Assembly (NCBI GenBank): GCA_051652765.1
Contig: JBOFUV010000050.1
Location: forward strand, 1 to 50,593
Length of the DNA stretch: 50,593 nt
From: Microcoleaceae cyanobacterium
GTDB lineage: Bacteria > Cyanobacteriota > Cyanobacteriia > Cyanobacteriales > Microcoleaceae
Reading direction: 5' to 3'
Under the pieces are notes generated by a model. It was not told where the DNA came from and searched no databases. It saw only the letters and a program-made list of their open reading frames with translations. Position numbers and translations under genes: made by a program. Positions 47,499-50,593 of the stretch are shown here, piece by piece. Position 1 is the stretch's first letter; every line of letters starts with the position of its first letter.

Positions 47499-49886
47499 TC
47501 AGGCATCGATCTCTTCCAAAACCACGATTGAAAAGGGATTGACATCATAGTGATTGACCATAGTGTCAGCCTGGTCTAGGGCCCAATAATTTAATTGCGA
47601 CTCTGCCCAAGCTGCTGTGTCAATCAAACGCACCCAACGATAGCGATCGTCTGGTGGAATCGAGAACCGTACCGTTTGGGAGTGCATATTGATCAACAAC
47701 AGGAAATCATGATCTCCAACTTCGCTGCCATCAATGCGAAGCCAAACACAACGGTCATTCCGATCCAACTGACGGTAGCCGTCCGTTTTCTTGAACAGGT
47801 AAGTAACATCATTGCCCGAGTCCATCTCAAAGTCCCCGTAGCTCCGTTGCTTCAACGCAGGATGCTGTCCTCGCAAATGAGCAACGTAGGTAACAAACGA
47901 AAACAGGGGATTACGGGCATCGGGATTGGTCGCAGTGCCAAAATTGTCGTGATAGCCCTCTGAATATCCTGTCGAAACCTTTGTCGGCGCATGAGTCGCG
48001 ATCATGTTGTAATTGTTCCAAGTCGCTACGCTATCAATGTTGTAGGGATTATTGTTGCCGTTTTGAGTGCGGCCCATTTCATCGCCCCAGACCGTCATTG
48101 GAACTCCTCGGGAGAAGAACTGAATCGTCCAGAAATTCCGGAGGCGTTGCCGACGGAGAGCTTGATTCCCGCTGGAATCCCAGGAATCATTGTTGCTGTT
48201 GCCCCCATCTGAAGGGCCAAAGGGCCAAGGCACATAGTTATTCTTGGTGTTGTAGCTCACCAAATCCATCAAGGTAAAGCCATCATGAGCGACCAGGAAA
48301 TTGACCGACCGCTGAGGGCCGCCTTGGTCATTAAAATTATGATAATCACCGTTCACCTGTTCGATGAAGCTGATGGTATTGCCGTCTCCCTTCAGAAAGC
48401 AACGCACTGCATCTCGGTAACGACCATTCCATTCGCTCCAACCTGCTGGAAAATTCCCAACTTCATAGCCCCAGATATCCCAGGCTTCAGCGATCATTTC
48501 AGCATCATATTGCTCTCCCAACTGTTGAATCTTGTCTAGCAAAGAATGCCGGGAGAAAAATTGCCGTTGTGCACCCCAGTTCTCGCGCTCAAATTTGTTT
48601 GGGGTTCTCCCCAATACCGGAGCCAAATCAAAGCGGAAACCATCTACCCCCATTTCTTCTAGCCAGTAAGTGAGGGAATCCAATACCAGGTTCCGGGTAA
48701 CGTCGTGGGAAAAATTCAATTGGTTGCCGCAACCCGTTGCTCCATCTACTAAATAGTGGCTGTCAGTCAATTGGTAATACTCCGGAGCATCAAACCCGCC
48801 GAAGGAAACAAAGTCCGTGATGTCGTTGTTGCCCCAGTTTCCGCCTTCTCCGGTATGATTGAAGACGACATCCAGGTAAACTTCCAGCCCTTCATCATGG
48901 AAGGCTTTAACCATCTGTTTGAATTCACGAGTAGGCCCACCGGGGGATTTATCGCAGGCATAGCGACGATCTGGAGCAAAATAGCCAAAGGTCATATAAC
49001 CCCAATAATTCCCACCGGGGCGATCGTCTGGATTGATATCGTTCCCACTCTCGTGCACAGGCAAGAACTCAATTGTTGTGAATCCCAGCGCTTTGATATA
49101 CTTCGCCATGTAGGCGGCTCCAGCATAAGTCCCCCGGCAGGCTTCAGGAACATTGGCAACTTGTTCAAAGCCTGGGAACCCCTGCAAAATTTGTTGTAAG
49201 TTCGATGACGAAGCATGTTGGGTCAATCCCCGCGCGTGGGCTTCGTAAATCATGGATGTTTCGGGAGGAATGTGGGGTCGAGTTCCTGTGGAGGTTTGGT
49301 CTTTGACAACCACAATCCCTTTAGGAACCCATCTTCCGGTATCGAACTCTCGACTGACTACACCCTGATAGTCCCCACCTCCTGTGGCATACATGCCCCC
49401 ATTTTCTCCGGCTTGAAACATGGCGGGGGTTTCTTTGTCGTGGGAGAGTTCTCTGGCATAGGGATCGAACAGAACCTTGTTCGGATTGAACCGATTGCCT
49501 TGATTGTCTACATCGGCCTTGAAACCGATCGCGCTATTGCCAAGCTGCCAACCGTCCTGATAGTCCCAATTCGGCCCCCAACACCGAAAACTATAGAAGG
49601 TTCCGGGTGGTATATTCCCAAGCTTGGCTCGCCAAATATTATCCTGTGGATTTTTTTGCAGCCAGTAATCATACTTGGCATCTGCCCCCATGGCGTGATC
49701 GTAAATTTCCAGCAGGATGCGAGTTGCATTTTTGGAATACACCGCAAAGGTAACGTTTTGCCCATCATAGTGTGCGCCGAGGGCATAAAGGGCGATGGGC
49801 CAACCAAACGGTTCGATGGGGGCATAAGCCCCGAACTTGGGATGATTCTGACCGATTGAGGAACGGGCTAAAGTCGGGCTACTCAT
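47499..49886 (-). CDS. glgX: GH13 isoamylase / glycogen debranching enzyme
   Basis: NYWGY, DVVFNH, GFRFD, AEAWD, AHDGFTL. ATG at 49886 chosen as start. Confidence 0.93.
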   Translation of the reverse strand: MSSPTLARSSIGQNHPKFGAYAPIEPFGWPIALYALGAHYDGQNVTFAVYSKNATRILLEIYDHAMGADAKYDYWLQKNPQDNIWRAKLGNIPPGTFYSFRCWGPNWDYQDGWQLGNSAIGFKADVDNQGNRFNPNKVLFDPYARELSHDKETPAMFQAGENGGMYATGGGDYQGVVSREFDTGRWVPKGIVVVKDQTSTGTRPHIPPETSMIYEAHARGLTQHASSSNLQQILQGFPGFEQVANVPEACRGTYAGAAYMAKYIKALGFTTIEFLPVHESGNDINPDDRPGGNYWGYMTFGYFAPDRRYACDKSPGGPTREFKQMVKAFHDEGLEVYLDVVFNHTGEGGNWGNNDITDFVSFGGFDAPEYYQLTDSHYLVDGATGCGNQLNFSHDVTRNLVLDSLTYWLEEMGVDGFRFDLAPVLGRTPNKFERENWGAQRQFFSRHSLLDKIQQLGEQYDAEMIAEAWDIWGYEVGNFPAGWSEWNGRYRDAVRCFLKGDGNTISFIEQVNGDYHNFNDQGGPQRSVNFLVAHDGFTLMDLVSYNTKNNYVPWPFGPSDGGNSNNDSWDSSGNQALRRQRLRNFWTIQFFSRGVPMTVWGDEMGRTQNGNNNPYNIDSVATWNNYNMIATHAPTKVSTGYSEGYHDNFGTATNPDARNPLFSFVTYVAHLRGQHPALKQRSYGDFEMDSGNDVTYLFKKTDGYRQLDRNDRCVWLRIDGSEVGDHDFLLLINMHSQTVRFSIPPDDRYRWVRLIDTAAWAESQLNYWALDQADTMVNHYDVNPFSIVVLEEIDA

Positions 49887-50025
49887 AAAAAATACTGAAT
49901 AATACTGGATAATACAGTTTGCAACCAAGCTTGAAGACAGCACCGAACAGGCCAGTTGGTGTCAGCAGGGAAGAGTTTTCTGTTAAAGAGTTTACCATTT
50001 TGCGCTTTCGCTGCTCTGCTGAGCT

Positions 50026-50264
50026 TTTGTACTCTCACCCAAGCCATCAAAAGCTCAAAAAGAGAAGCAGGGGAAACAGGGTTTTGTCCCGGTTCAAACC
50101 CGATGGGTTGTAGAGAGAACTAATGCTTGGATGGAAAGATGCAAAAGTCTAGTCAAGAACTTTGAGAGAACCCCCGACCATGCCACAGCCAAGGTTAATC
50201 TTTGCTTTGTCCAGTTGATGCTCAAAAGACTTGCTACGGCTTAAATAGATACTAAATGGGTTCT
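50026..50264 (+). mobile_element. IS5-family remnant: transposase C-terminal 72 codons plus right end
   Basis: Hand translation FVLSPKPSKAQKEKQGKQGFVPVQTRWVVERTNAWMERCKSLVKNFERT...LMLKRLATA* (stop 50244), with the IS5 RWxxER motif, then AGATACTAAATGGGTTCT. The 5' part is missing. Confidence 0.85.
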
Positions 50265-50324
50265 ATAGTCAGTAACTCTTCGGTTCAACTCAACAGGAAA
50301 ACTGTGGTGCGCTGGCAAGATAAC
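50264..50324 (-). mobile_element. 5' part of an ORF-less cassette homologous to cassette 1, cut by IS5
   Basis: 52/61 identical to 1392-1452 by hand alignment, starting at the attC3 R' GTT. Confidence 0.85.
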
Positions 50325-50403
50325 GGTGAAGTTGAGCCGCCGCAGACAAGCTTTGACTCCCACAGCTAACCTCTCGGCGGTCGGCTCCAACGATTGGTTC
50401 GAC
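50318..50403 (-). other. attC site 3 (86 bp)
   Basis: Minus strand: R'' GTCGAAC; L'' GTTG-G-AGCCG-A-CCGC pairs with L' GCGG-CGGCT-CAAC (extrahelical G and A); R' GTTATCT; central TCAAAGCTTGTCTGC. Confidence 0.85.
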
Positions 50404-50446
50404 CGTGCCAAACGCTTCCTCTACATTCAGAAACTTGCTCATTTGC

Positions 50447-50593
50447 CTAAAATTGACTGACTGGATCAGCATCAGTGGATAGTTTGGCAATAACTTGCTT
50501 CAAAGAAATATTTTTGCTGTGATCCAATGATTTTCTAGTTTCCTGCTTTGCTATTTGAGCATCAACCTCCTCAAGAGATAGCACGGGTAGGTC
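50447..50593 (-). CDS. 3' end of a cassette-borne gene of unknown function, runs off the right edge
   Basis: Open frame ...DLPVLSLEEVDAQIAKQETRKSLDHSKNISLKQVIAKLSTDADPVSQF*, stopping about 44 bp before attC3 R''. Confidence 0.55.
   Translation of the reverse strand, partial: DLPVLSLEEVDAQIAKQETRKSLDHSKNISLKQVIAKLSTDADPVSQF

Noticed and set aside
50290..50490. 66-aa ORF on the minus strand
   Set aside because: It reads through attC3 and the cassette junction; the more plausible gene stops at 50447 in another frame.

Overview
Cyanobacterial chromosomal window (frequent HIP1 octamers GCGATCGC, cyanobacterial 6S RNA, Zur box). The middle ~44 kb is mostly ordinary core and signalling genes: mrp/apbC, purF, purL, a hybrid kinase-REC-REC/adenylate cyclase operon, tRNA-Asn, cobA, nemA, an RTX protein, pilC-like, chorismate lyase, tyrA, rsmH, a PP2C/RsbW pair, queG, a second adenylate cyclase, znuABC, pilT, an aquaporin, pstS, cutA, an HtrA protease, a LysM-M23 peptidase and glgX. 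Both ends carry integron-type gene-cassette DNA with no integrase gene in view. Left end (~847-5987), in order: a 15-unit 22-bp GATC-phased tandem array; four ~41-bp-spaced palindromic boxes ending in an attI-like simple site; an ORF-less ~213-bp cassette; an attC; a ~4.3-kb cassette encoding a 1331-aa STAND NTPase-TPR-CHAT (caspase-like) protein with the effector at the C-terminus; a second attC; and an IS5 end. Right end, minus strand: a gene end, a third attC of the same family, a homologue of the same ORF-less cassette leader, and another IS5 remnant. The best candidate for a new system is this cyanobacterial cassette platform carrying an NLR-like protease, probably for anti-phage defence. 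The functional interpretation is inference; no database searches were run.
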